A DNA stretch of 64,000 bases from Raillietiella orientalis (taxonomy: Eukaryota): contig JAYWIR010000005.1 in the NCBI GenBank assembly GCA_036172245.1, positions 4,712,001-4,776,000 on the forward strand, written 5' to 3'. Positions 25,655 to 39,200 of this stretch are shown in pieces (the stretch's first letter is position 1; each line of letters begins with the position of its first letter). The position numbers and the translations under genes are program-made. The notes under the pieces were generated by a model. It was not told where the DNA came from, searched no databases, and was given only the letters and a program-made list of their open reading frames with translations.

Positions 25655-28600
25655 ACGCCCCGCTTCCTACCTCGCCGGCCCCTTTCGCCCTCCGACCCGT
25701 CCGCCTCCGGCCCGTCCAGGGGAGGAGCGGCGAGCAGGGTCGAGCGGCGGGGGCGGCGCCCACCCACGTGCTGCTACCGCGCGCTCTCTGCTGCTGAATG
25801 AAGTCCCTCCCCACTCAGATGCAGCCTGCTCCCGGTCGTCGTTCCTTGCAGGGAAATCCACGGTCCAGAAGGGGTTCTCCCGGCAGGACTCTGCCAGCCG
25901 GTGACCCGGGCCTGCTTCCGGAGGAGAGCCTCCGGCAGCCTGGAAGGGAAAGGGTGGCGGGGGGGGGGGGCAGTGGTAGTGCGGTTTGTTGCCAGCGCTG
26001 CAGCTTTCTCGCTTTCCTGTCGACGAACAAGAGGCGGTCTGTCAATGGAAGGGGCAGCGCTTGCGCTCCAGAAATCCTTGGACACCTTCCTCTCCAGACT
26101 CTCCCGTGGAGGAAGGGGGAGGCAGGAGCTGACGCCTCCGACCCCCCACCCTGTGCCCTTTCCCCCCCTCTCGGCCTTTTGGGCGCCGCCGCTCTCTTTT
26201 CTTCCTTCCCCTTTCCGAGCGCGGGCGACGGGGAAGGTAAACCGGGAGTGATTTATCCCGAAACCCGACGCCGCCCCTCCAGCCGGCAGCTGCGCTTCCT
26301 TCCGCTAGGGCCCCGGCTGCTGACCTGGGGTCAGCGCGCATCCCGCCAGCCGCGCGCGACGGGGACTTTTCCGGGACTCCGTGCTCGGCGGAGCGTCTCT
26401 CCCCTTGGCCCCGCCCGCTTCCTCCCGCGACTCGCGGAACAACGCAGGAGAAATTGCCCTCAGAGAGGGCCGATCTCCTCCCTCCCACGCAGCTGCACGC
26501 CACCGGTATGGCGGTTGCACCCTGAGGCGCTCGACCACAGGACAGGGGCGCTGCCTGCAGGCTGGACTCTCCGAGCTGCACCCCTGGGGGTATTTCTGAG
26601 GTACGGGAGAAAGCGCCTGCCCTCCAGCTGCACTGGCAGGCAGGAAAGACAAGGGGCACAGGGAAGTCGACGACAAGAAGATGCGTCGCCCCCATGCGCT
26701 GTCAGGATTCCTTCCGGGCCCTCTTGGAGTGACTGTCACAGCACACCGGGGAGGAGGGAGGGGCACCTCCTGCGGCTGAATTCATTGCGGACCCGAGCCA
26801 CCACCATGCCTCTCTTCCACCCTTGCCCTTTCGCCTCAAGGAGAGGGAGCGCCCTCCCCTCGCAGGGGAGGGTAAGGCTCTCACAGGGTGTTCTTTGCTT
26901 CTCTCAAGGAACTCCGTCCCGACCGCAAAGGATTTCAGCAGTATCAGACGCTCTGGACTCCCCTCGTCCGGGGGCACTGGGGACCGCCGGCCGCCCACGG
27001 GCGAGCGGAGCGCGGGACATGCTCTTCCCGAGAAGGGGGGGGGAGTAAAGGGTGCGGAGCTTTCCGGTTGTCTCGAAGGGGCGGCGGACTTAGCAGGAAA
27101 GCCCGGAGGGGCGCCTAGCCGTGCTGTTCCGAGGGAGGGCGCGGCAGCTGTAGCGGCGACTGCCGGGCGCGGGGAAGGCGACCCCTCAGGCGGCGGCTGA
27201 CCGACAGCCGGAGGCGCTGGAGGTTCGTCGCGACCTCGCAAGGTCGGCTACCACCTCGGGCTCGGCGCAACATTCCTGCTCGCCTCCGGTCCCGAAAACC
27301 CGGAGCACGCCTCCCGGGAGGGGGAGGGGGATGCCGAGGCAACTGCCCGAGTCTCATCCCCTCCCGCGGCGGAGGCTCCTCCAGGTAGGAGGCTCAGGGG
27401 AACCTTTCAAGGAAACCATCGGCCGACCCTTTGGTATTCGCGACCGTAACCAGATGCCCTGCCTTCGGGGGTGCCCTCCCAACCTATCCCCAACCTTCCA
27501 ATCCCTCCCAACCTTCTCGCACGGATGCTTGCGAGTGCGCAGCATTCCGGACCCCCGGTTCGCGAAGTCTCGGCACCATCACCCCTCCAGCCGTTCCGTA
27601 TCCACGCGCAGTCGCGGTGTGACGCACGCCCTTTCTTCCCGGAGGACAGGGCAGGCCGCCGGGAGGGCCAAGACAGGTGGATTCATCCCGGAAAGGAGCC
27701 TCATGGAATCGAAAGAAGATGGGAAGAGGGGAGGAGAGTTTTTTTCTGAAATCGGGCCGTGTCTTCCCTCGGGGAGTCGAATGGTCCCTGGGGGAGTCTC
27801 CCGCACAGCAGAGGCAGACGGGCCAGGAGCAGGAGGGGAGGCTTTGCCCGGAGGGCTCTTCCGGGGATGGAGACTCCTTTCGATGGGGAGGGAGATGTAT
27901 CGGGCGAGGAGCGGCCCCGGACTGAGAGCGGATGCCTCACCTTGTGAGCGCGCCCTCCGGAAGATACAGGGCGGAGTTGACGGCTGTCCTCGTCGGGCGA
28001 GAGGCTGCCCATGTCCGGGGCAGCGTCTAGTCCGGCCACGTCACCGGGCCAGAGAGCGGCCTCCCGCTCAACCCTCCTTTTCCCTTCGTCCTTCTCCGCA
28101 AAGGAGAAGGAGGGAATGCCGTCGCTTCTCCCGAGGACGACCCCGGGTCCGCAACGTCTTTCCTTCTCCCTCCAGGGGAGATGCAGCACACAGGAAGCTG
28201 CTGCTCCCCTTCCTCGTCTCCCCTGAGAGCTCCAATTCCCCTCCGCGGGCATTCTCGAAGCTTCTTCGGAGGAACGCCCTCCGGCTTTGCCCGCCGAACG
28301 GGCATCCTCGTGCTCCAGACCTCCGGAAGCCTCCCCTTCCCGCCTTTCCAAGCACCGCCTCACTGGCGCACGCGGAGGAGTTGCTTGCCGAAGGGTTGCA
28401 GCTCTCTTGGACCGCCGACATGCGCGTGTGGAGGCGGCCGCACCCACGGGTATGCCGGGCGAAGGTCACGCTCTGCTTGGCACGCCAGAGGGTCGAGAGA
28501 GGGGGAGGGGGAGGGGAAATCAGGAAGAGGAGGGAGAAAATGCTGTGCTCCCAAACTGCGGAAGGACATGCGGAAAGGGCGCGTCTGGAAGAAATCCCGC

Positions 28601-31600
28601 CTCTTGGCAACTCGCCGACCCATTTCCGGACCGAGAGCAGAGCACGAGGTCGACGGAAAGGCTCCCCGAAGTCTTTTACCTCTTCCGCGCACACTATCCG
28701 CTCCTCTCGCCTCCATTCTAGGAGACCAGGCCCCTCGGACCCGACCCGTTTCCAAGGATGCCACTGTTGTGCGCTCCCATCGCTCGCTGGAGCCTGCGCG
28801 GACGTCGCAGCTCTGCCGTGCGCGAGGAAGCGATTTGCGGGCTGCAGGTGCCCAGGAGGACCGGATGCTGGATGATCCTATGTCTTCTCTCTTTAAGAGT
28901 CCGGCGGCAGGGGTTCTCCCCAGCCCTTTTTCTCTGCCGCCTGCTGCGGGAGGGAGGACTCTGACAAAGAGAACTGCTAAGTGGCTCTCAGGAAGCGAAT
29001 AGAGGGACTTCCTGTGACCTCGGAAATCGCCTTCCGACCCCTCTGAAAGACATCCGCTCTATCCCTTCGCTCACTCGTACCTTCTGGAAATTTCGTCCTT
29101 GGGTCTCTGGTGCGAAGAGGCTACGCCTGCCACCGGCTCCGCCACCCATGGCTACCGCATCGTGAGCAAGACGTTCCCTGCGGCTGTTCGCCTCGGTTTC
29201 CTGAATCGAGGGTCCGCCCTTCGAGGCCCTTGAGAGGCACCTCCACCGCACTACCGTTGCCTTTCCCGTTTCGTCGTACACACGGCAGATCCTCTTCTGG
29301 CAGCCGGGACCTCTAGAATAGCAAGGGCTTCGCGAGGCTCATGCTCCAGAGAAGGGCTTAGCCCCCTGCGTCCTTTGTTCCCTCTCCATTGTTCTGGATG
29401 CCAACTCGGCTCGGATCGCTAGTGGTTTGGAGCGTCTAGACATCTCCCGTGCGCCCCGCGCCGTCGGCACTCCTGGCGATCCATTGCTCATGGGCGATGG
29501 CCTTTGCTTCTCCTCCATCCTGTCCACTCCGTCCGGGTCTTCTGCGGCAAGTCGCACGCACTTTCTGTGGTGAGTCGCCGCCGCACAGTCCTCAAAGGGA
29601 CACTCAGAAGGGGCTGTAAGCAACCCTGTCTGAGCAACGTCATGCTGGCAGCCCTGCAAAGCTAGTAGCATCCTGGTGGTGGTTTTCGAGACGAGCCCCT
29701 CTCCAGAAGGAGGGAGGAAGAGAGAGAGCGCCCTTTGCGGAAGGAAAGGGCGTTCCCTCCACAGAGGGAGCCGTCGGCGAAAGTTGCCGAGGAGGAGTGC
29801 AGCTCTTTCCCGCTGCAGGACGCCTCCGCGCTGGTTCCGGGAAGGGGAATGGTGGCGAACGGAATTGAAACGTGGCGCTGTGGCCTAGCAGCAGCTTATT
29901 CAGGAGCGGTCCGCTGGTCCGCGAGAATCATCCCCCTGCCCTCCTAGAAGACCAGTTCCTTGAACTCATCCCAAAAGGCGTAGCCTCGCCCCAAGGCCCG
30001 GCGTCTTCCAGCTCTGCGAGCTTCCGTGCACGCGTTCTTCCTGCGAGCGTTCCCGTGGGCAAACCGAAAGCAGAATCCGTCTACCTTGGGGGCGCCGCCT
30101 GGGGTCCGCTTGCTGGTTTCTTCCTCGGAGTTCGGGGCTCGGATGGTATCTGGTGCACCTTGTTCTCTAGCATCCCACGTTCCCTGACCGAACGATTGAC
30201 CACCCTTTTCTTCTTTCCACTGTTCCTCTGTCTTCCTCCTCTTCCCTGCCGACCGCTTTGCGAGCACCTTCTAGCAGCGACGTGTGTGCCACCGGCGGAA
30301 ACTATCTGCCCGGGGCATTCTGACCTCCCCCCTTCCTCCCGGCCTTCCGGGAAACTTTTCCGGAGCCTGAATCTGGAACCCGGGAGTTTCCTCGTGATCC
30401 GTCGTTCCTCGTTCCGCTCCCGTTCGCGCGCACCCGCCTGAACCAACACAATGGCAGCTCGAAAGCGGTCGTGCTCCCGGACGACGTAGAGGCCTGCGGA
30501 ATGGCCGCGCCTTGGACGAAAACATGCCTCTCGGTCGACGGGAAGGGCAGGTTAGCGAGGGCGAAATCAAAAGGGACCGGAGCCGTCTTGAGGCTTTGCC
30601 ATCTGCCGCGAGCACAGCGAGGGAGCACGGGCACGGATGCCTTCGATACCCCATCCCGCTCAGGAATGTGGAGGAGGATTAGAAGGACAGAATAAGGCTC
30701 AGAGGTGCTCTCTCGATGCGCTGGAGAGGGCACTTCCGCTGCGAACAGCGGAACGTACTTTGTCAGCCCGACAGTTCCGAGCGAAAACCGTCCGGGATGA
30801 CAGCTGGGGCCCCAGGATGGGCGATGCGGAGCAACCTGCCATCCAGCAGTTGCCGCCTGCAGTGGTGGAAGGCGAGGAATCTCCCTGCTCTTCGGAGCGC
30901 CTGGGAGAAGCGGCGGACCTTGTCCTTCCCTCCTTCCCCCTCTGCTGTGCGCCAACGAGAGAGAGAGAGGAAGGTAGCGCTGAAGGGCGCAACCCGCTGC
31001 CGTGCAGTGAGCGCACCGCGAATCGCATCCGTTGCATCCCTCTTCCTCCCTCCCCTTAATTCTGCACCCTGCTCTCTTGGCAGCACCCGGTTGGATAACG
31101 GGCGCACGGGAGCTACGCGCGCACGGGAGCGGAAGACGTGCTAAGAGCACCGGCGTGAAAGTGGAGCTCACGGGGACCACGGGCGTGTGGGAGGGTTCCT
31201 GATCCCTGCGGGGAGGATCTCTCGTTCCTCCTCCCCTTCCTTCCTTTCATTTTCGCTTCCATGGAAGCTTGAGGACGCGGGGATTGTTCTTGCTGTTTGA
31301 TCGAAACACGGATTCCTCGGACTGTCGTCCGGGGAGCGTTGCTGAGCAACGGAGAACGCGCTCTGCCGCCGGGGTCGCGGGTTCTGCCCGCTTTCCCGTC
31401 TACCGGGGAGCGCCATCTCCCGGAACTCCGGCTAGCGGGGCTTCTGCGCCCGTCTCTAAGGCACCGTGGAGAGACCGCCTGGAAACCGCCGCGCCGGGGC
31501 TCTCTCTCCCCCACTGCCGTCCCGCGAGCCCCCCTGTCCCGGCGCCCGAGAGGGGGACCTCCGTTTTCCTCTCCCCTTGGATTCGGGTATCCGCGTCCCC

Positions 31601-32946
31601 TCAAGACGTTCCGACCGCTACCTCTCGCATCTTCGACGCGCCGCCTCCTCGAGTCCCTGCCTCTCTCTTGCGCTTCGTTTGGCACACGTGCGATCGATAA
31701 ATTGGGGAAAAGCCGCGTAAGAGATGCCCAAACACGGAAGCTCCTGAAAGGAACCTGCTTACCAAACGATTCTCACGCACGCGAGAAGATCGTGTCTCTT
31801 CGCCGCTGCCTCTGGATTTGGGGAAGATTCGAAGTGAGCGGCGGTCTCACGCCGCTCCGTGATGGTGGGTCCACAGATGCCGCCGCGTTTCGGGGGAGCG
31901 ACTACGTTTTACCGTTAACCAAGAGCTCCTTCTTCACGCTTTTCAAATCCTGGAGCTTTTCCGAACGAGGCCTGCTGAGATGAGTTGGAGGCTCCAGATG
32001 GCTCTCAGCACACCTGCACACGCGTTCCCTCGGTTTTCCGTTCCTTACGCATCGCTGCATCTCGGACGACGTGTGCCCGTTCCATTAAAGAGCATTTGGT
32101 CCCGCGTCTGCTGGTCTTCGATCTTTCCCGACCTGCTTGGAAGTCCACCTTTTCAGCTGGTTCCCCCCTCATGTCCTTCCGCCTTCCCGGATGCTGCGTC
32201 TCGACGATTCGATCCCTCCCTACTGCAAGTCCTTCCCCTATCCTTGCCTTTGGGTGCTTGCCTCGCCCTACGCAAGGTTTCGCTTTCCGTTCCGTTCGTG
32301 AGGTTCGCGCCCATTTCCTCAACTCTCTGCTACGTCGGCGACTTTCGTGATCCTGACCAGTGACTCAGTTTGGTTCCAGCTGATCTCTCTGGAGCAGCGA
32401 TCTCTACGGTCAGATGCGCAGACTAACTCCGCGCCGTTTTCCTGTTCCTGTGCCGCTCTCATTTTTCGCGTTTTGGAGGGCATGCCCACCGCTCAGCGCC
32501 CGCAAGTTTCCGTTTTCCGTGGGCGGTCCCTTTCCCAAGAGAAGCGTCGAGGTCTCTATAAACAGCCGGAAGACTGGTGGTGGACCAGGTGGCGGGAAAA
32601 CGTGCGGTGGTCGTATCAGAAAGGACCTAGTCATCCGATACCGTGGCATGGCGCAGCACGTGTGAGAGCTGGGGGGACAGCCAACGACACTCGCCGACGG
32701 AAACATGGCATGAATCGCTTATGCGTTGTTCTCCACAGAGGCAGGATAATATCGTTGTTTCACCCACGGTTCATGGGCTCCTGGGGTAACGACCTTCATT
32801 TCATCCTGATATCCTACTCAATGCTCACTTGGGGCTTCTTCCTGGTAACACCAAGAAGTTAGCCACGAAGATGACGCTATGGTTCCCGAACACAAAGGAG
32901 TTCCAACTCCTGCAACTCATCCAACATGATGCTTTCCTTTCCTTAC

Positions 32947-33201
32947 GCATCAAGTCTTCCTTTCTCTTTGAATCAGGCTCTTCGGCTCTGCTTGAATCTC
33001 TTCCCTCCTCTATAATCAAGTTCGTCTCGGGAAGCTGTGGCGCACCAAACAAGTGCTTCCGTCGGCTGAAGAACTTCGAAGGGCAGCAAAGTGCAACCTG
33101 TGCCTGGGTTTTTGAAGAAATCCTAGACAGGTCTTCGACCCATCCGTCAAGGAGCTGATCCACGTACATGTCGATAAAAGTCAGCATTGGAAATCCGTCG
33201 T
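32947..33201 (-). CDS. Candidate orphan coding exon (DGFPMLTFIDMYVDQLLDGWVEDLSRISSK...KEDLM), unknown protein
   Basis: ttttgatttcag| acceptor and C|gtaagg donor, 255 nt open, phase 1 at both ends; no family recognised. Confidence 0.3.
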
Positions 33202-36200
33202 CTGAAATCAAAATGTTATTCAAGTGATCTTGTTAGCAACACAGGTCAGCTTAGTTTATATTGAAGCTACAAACTTAAGAGGCCAACTTTCCGAAACAAT
33301 TCGACACCAGATATGCATCGAAAAAGGAAAGAAACTCGTTGCACAGGAATCTGGTTCACTTCCCAGCTATCAAGAACCGTGGAATCCAGTTTCAGATTGC
33401 GAGAAAATCGGGCTGTTGTTGACCGAGTGACCCATAGATGGCTCTAGTGCAAAGCGAACCAGTCGTTCGGGGGAGCTCGCCGTGGTACTCTACACAGGCA
33501 GGAACAAAATGAACGCACAAACGTACACAAACGAAAGCGTGCACTGGTCATACGAAACTTGTTCTTGAAAGGCCATCTTCCGCATCGTGATTGGTGAATT
33601 TTCTTTCAATAGTATACAGTCGACATTCTGTATTGTGAATGATCAGCATCCGATCGTCAAAGGGCTATCAGTCCCACAATCGTTTATCGTTTTCTTCTCA
33701 TCCTTTCTGATCTAGAGGAAAACCCGAGGTGACTTTTTCTTCTTTTTTTTTTCAAGAAATGCTTTCCTTTTTTGTAAAAAAAAAAAAAAAAAAAAAAGAC
33801 AAGCTGGTTCTGTGTGTATGTTTCACGAATGCTTTAGAACGATCCTAGCGCTCGAGATCTTCAGTGTATTTTGGGAATGCGCTTGTATAAGTAAGCAGCA
33901 GTGAATTCGTGGTTCCTGAAAAATCCTCGGAAAGATTGCTTGCAAGACGAAAACTGGGAGCTAGGTAAACGCTGCAGTGCTTTCAGGCACTGGATCATTT
34001 GTTCTCCGCAGCAGCATTTTCCAGTGCACCAAATGGAAATAAATGCTCACAAGGTCACCTATCCTTTTATGTTTCCGTACACACACCGAAACCCCAGTCA
34101 AAGCAAAACGCGTCCCTCGGAACGTTCGCCTTAAACGCACCCGCGATAAGTGGGCGCGCACTGTGCAACGCCAAATACGGGCTTGCGTTCTTCGTGGTTC
34201 GCAAACAAGCTGCAGAAGATCGGATCCCGCCCGGATTTTTACCTGGAGATAGGAAAGCAGAACAGAGAAACGGTTCGCATCCCGATGCTTCTTGGCTCCA
34301 CCTGGGAGAGACCGACTTCGACAATAAATGGAGGACCTCTGGGTGTTTGGTCTGACAAAGTTTTGTCACGCATGTTCCCCGCATTATTTATTTCTGTTCC
34401 AAAGATCAGAAGGAAATCTTTTTCCAAATTTCTTCTTTGTTTCCGAAACGAACCCTCAAGGGCTCCCAACCCGAGCCTAGGCGTGGAAAGTTCTCGCAAT
34501 CTAACGAAACCCACGAGAAATGCTCCCCCCCTCCCTCCCATCAGCTAGAGGGTGAGAGGTAGGTCGCAACGGCTGCTAAATCCGGGAAGTAGCTTTTCTT
34601 TTCCATTCCCCGAGAGACCTAGGAAACCCAAGAATGAAACCGCTCTCGAACTTATCAACAAGTTCCCTCCAGGTCTTGTCTTATCTGCCTCCACATGGAA
34701 TGCTGCTGCAGCCACGTTCAGCTGCAGCCTTGCTGACGCACAGAATAAAAGGCCACTCTCCAAACAACCGTGTCATGGGCAAATAAGGCGTGGTCGAACT
34801 GCGCTAAAGAACGAATCTCATTTGAAAAAATCAAGTGGCAACAACGACGACAAGCCTGCTGTGGAACCTCCAAATTCCGAATGCGCTACATATTAAAGTA
34901 GCGAAACGACATTAACATGTGGTTTCGCGTTAGAGAGTGTTGTGTGGGCTGTTTAAGGAAACTCAACTGCAAAAACAGTAGAAAATTGAGATTTGTGGCG
35001 ATGGAAAGAGATGAAAACATCTCGATTCGTCTCTCTGAAACCACGATCATTGTGCCTGTGTACAGTGATTCCTCATTCTTCATGCGTCCATGTGTTCAGT
35101 TTACCGTTGGTCAGCGAGAACTTACGATCGCCAAAAAAAAAAAAAAAAAACCAAGGAACCAGATGCCTGGGTGTTTGAGGTTAGAGGCACTTCTCTTGAT
35201 GGTTCACAAATTACGCTCACAGTAGCCTCGAGGCATTATTAAGAAGGCTCTCTATTAGCGTCAGGGAGGTATCAGCTTCTTTTGGATTCCGAGAACACGA
35301 GTGCTTCCTGGTTTTCCCTCTGCACTCTATAGCATTTCTAAAAAGAAAAAAAAAAAAAAAATCCTCACCGTCGGTTTTTTATCAAGCTCTGGAGGTTCGC
35401 TGCAGCTCTGAATCCGCAGATCCTGGAAAATGAGATGCTATGCGTGAGTTGTGGTTGCGTGCCCGGCACAACAGCCTCGGAAGGCAGTCAAGGGCTGACA
35501 ATTTGATCGACCCCTGTTTAGACCAGCCTTCTTGTATCAGATGAAAGGAGGAGGCGAAGTCACTGGCGTTGTCAATGAGACAGGTTTGGATATTTGTGGT
35601 GTCTAGGGGTGCAGCTGCTGCCGAGAAAGGTCTTAATCAGCTGAACTGGGACCAATAATGCCCAACTTTCGAAAGGGTCATCATCGTTTGGGGAGCCCTA
35701 CTATATTAAGAGCCTTTAACATCCGTGCGGTTCGTCGCATAGGAGACGAATTCTACTGTGGCGTAGTGAATGGAAAAGCCTTCTGCTGATGCGTTCTCAT
35801 AAAAGATCCCGGGCCATTCTTATCACGTCATTGAGACGGACCAATCACTGATCATCGTAATGAAGATGTTCCATCGAGGATGGTGCTATTCAGACTCCGC
35901 TTCCAAGTCAGCGACAGCATGAAGCTGGAATCGTTTCAAGAGCATAGCGATAGGCGACAGTGAAAGTAATTAGTCATTACTAGTGGCAGACACGGAGCCT
36001 TTGGAAGTAGGTGAGAGAACGAGAAATGCCTGCTTTCCTAAGCCACTCTTGCATGTGACCTGTTGGAGGCGAGCGGGTTGCTTGAGCAGTCAACTCCCAC
36101 ATCGAAGTAGATAATGGCGAAATGGTGTCTGAATGGCACTAAGGGAATTTTTAATCTCCACGAAGGGATTGAGCTCCCTTTCTTATAACACGATCCGTGC

Positions 36201-39200
36201 AGAATGGCAGGAAGGTCTGAAACACTGAACTGATCGTTCATATGTGCGCCTCTAAGATGCTTCGGTGGGCGGTACAATGATCTGTACATCAGAAGGAGGG
36301 AGGTTTAAATGTTGGTCTAAAGGCTGTTGAGTGAACACGTCTTGTTTGCTTGAGATTCACATGGCCCACACGCGGGAGATGCAAGAACGAACCCAGAATG
36401 TGATTACGCAGTGTTTACTGATTCAACTGCTATCCAGCATCACGTAGCAGTCGAATCAAATTTCTTTGTTTCCTGTGAATATCATTCAGCAAATACAGCT
36501 TGGTCAGAAATATTTCAAATCACGCGTGGTGCATTAACACTGCGATTACAACTAAGTGTAACTGCTACATTAATATGCGAGGAGAAAGCACCACCACGTG
36601 TTCATGAAGGCCATAAACGTAAGCGTACAATACTACATATTCAATAATTCTGTGTGGATCTGAAAGATGCGTGCCGAATAATAGATAATGAAAAGAAAAG
36701 AGGAGAAATTTATTGTGGCGGAGATGATTTGAGTGGGTAAAAAGGGGCATCCTTGAGAGTTCGGAGCTTGGGCAATTTATCGAGTAAGCAGGCTCCCAGA
36801 GCGACGGGAAGCAGCCCTCCCAGAAGACAAGAGCAGGCGAGCTGGGCATGTCCAACGTTTCAGCCCTGGACGGGATCTGCAAGGAGGCGAACCCAAGTGG
36901 TGGTGCCTGCCTGGATTCGTTCCCAGCGGGGACGACGCTATCACTTTACCGTCCTGAACTCTCAGCTGCAGCAGGCTCAGCGCTGTTATACGGTGGGGAA
37001 GATCCATGAAATCGGAAGCCTCTCCCAACTCTGGAGGCTCCTGACTAGGCAGCGCTGGGGTCTTCGAGCCAGAGTGGGAGCTCGGGTTCCTGAAATTTCA
37101 TTCGCATGCAGGAGCGTGAGTGGGAGGGTAACTGAGTTTCCAGGTCACTGTCCAACAGTCAGCTGATTGTCAATTTGAAGGCGAGAGAAAGGGAGGTCTA
37201 AAGGGGACAGAAATGTTGAATAACCACACCGCTGCTGAAAATTTCGAAAAAGATCATTCTCGAAAAACAACCAGAACTGAACACACTCGACAGAAGAGGA
37301 TGATGCAGGAGATGCTGCTGAGCTACCCGTTGCGCGAAACTTGGAGGAGGTTCAGATGAAATGCGGGGAGGAATGCAGGGGAACGTGGATTCTGAACAAC
37401 GAAATCTTCACGGGAACAAAACGGGTGAAGTATGAACGTCTGGGAGCAGGAAAGCAAGCAACGAGTAAACCTGTCTGTGTCTGAGCTCATTAAGGTTCAT
37501 GCATGGCTTAGTCAAAGTGAGGGAATTCCGTTAAGCACGCTTAAACTGGAGGCGCATCTGCGGTTCGCTTCGGACAGAATGCTCCTTCAGAGATAGGAAA
37601 ACCATTAGGAAGCTCAATGGAAGATCGGCATTCCTTCCAAAGCTTCTCTGAGACGGGAATACAAGAAGGTATCCTAAGCCCTGCTTTTAGAACGATAACG
37701 CAACTGACAGCGAGGTCCCCTGATTCCCTAGGAAGGAAAAAAAAGAAAGGGAGAAAATGATTATTGAATTTTTTCTCTCCTGAGAGAATGGAGTCTCACA
37801 TCCAGGCGCAGATGGGGGGAGGGGGGAGGAAAGAGAGAACTGCCTGCATTTGCCCACCGCTTCGAGATTCAACTACACATCCCTGTTTATTTCATGTGAG
37901 AACATAAAGAGCATCTAAGAGATATCGTCTTTTTTTTTCCGGTATGGTTTTTAGATCCAGTGCAGACGGCAAGCGTCTTTCGACAACAGCTCTCCTGCCT
38001 CCCCCCCCCTCCCGTGAATCGTATCGCACGCTCAGTTTACAACACCAACGTGCAGTCGGATGCCGAGTACATGCCCGAGTGACACGCGTCAGAACACTCT
38101 CGAATTCCGCGTTCGGCACCAACGTTTCCTACGCTCGTCGTGGGTCCCGACGTCGACTTCTTTCAGTTCCAGTGAAGAGTCACAGCACTCGCACGCGCTC
38201 TCCTGCACGAGCACCGCCACAGTGCCACAGTGGATCCTTCGTGCTGGCAGCAGCAACAAAATCTTGAAATACCGTGGAATGAGGTCGCTTTTTTATGGAT
38301 TGAATATTCGGGGGATGAGGGTGCCGAGGAAGCCGAACTTTGCTCCTTGTTTTTGGAGGTCACTTGCAGTACCAGCCGGCTGCAGACGAGTCCTGCCTTC
38401 TCGAAGCATTTCTCGAGAAGAGGTCGAAACGAAGATCCCAAAGCGATGCTGTCGCGATTCGGAAGCTGCCGCAATGCATATGAACAAGCCGATTCGGTAA
38501 CTTCGTGGATCACGCGCACGATCTGTGTCAAGCACTAATTAGAAATTTGAAATGGACTAATTAGGGTCGGCCGTACAAAGCACAAACCTCTTCTCTCAAC
38601 AGATGGCAGGAATGGAGGAACCACCAAGCAGTCTGCCATCTCCACGGTCTGAGGCTGCCGGTGGACTGAAAGTGCCGCTTTTCCACCAAGAAAATTAACT
38701 TTAGGAATGCGTATCTGCAGCCGCCAGAGTTAAAGATTCCGTCTACTCCGGCAGGAAGGAACTCTGAGGCTGAGAAAAAGAGGAGATCATTCCCTTCCGT
38801 GACAGCATTTTACGAAGACCGAACCTCAGCATAAGTCACATCCGGTTACGCTGGACGAGGGACACCGGAGAAACACACGAAAGGTCCAGCACTCACGTCG
38901 GCTTCACCATGGTAGCACCGCTTTTCATAACGGCTGGAGAGGCTTCCTTATTGATCGCAAGAATGAGCGGATGCAATCTGTCCTCATACGAAAAAGGACT
39001 CGAATCTATCAACAGTGAATTCAAGATCTAAAACAAAAAGATGTGCAGCCCATGTGGAGAGTGATGTTATCCACATTCATACCGATGAGCAACTGGAGAA
39101 AGCCCATCCATTCCTGGATTGTAAGGTCAGATCAAGATGGGGGGGGGGGATAGGAAGGTACTGTGTTTCGCTTCGTACATGCAAAGTTTGCGATGTCAGT

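Larger units (their letters stand above)
17700..32700. other. GC/CpG-rich domain spanning the rhomboid locus
   Basis: Visibly GC- and CpG-dense with many spurious long R/P/G/A ORFs, contrasting with AT-rich 1.3-15 kb; boundaries approximate. Confidence 0.7.

Noticed and set aside
25798..28875. 416 aa and 514 aa + strand ORFs downstream of rhomboid
   Set aside because: Same compositional artefact; no codon periodicity or recognisable motif
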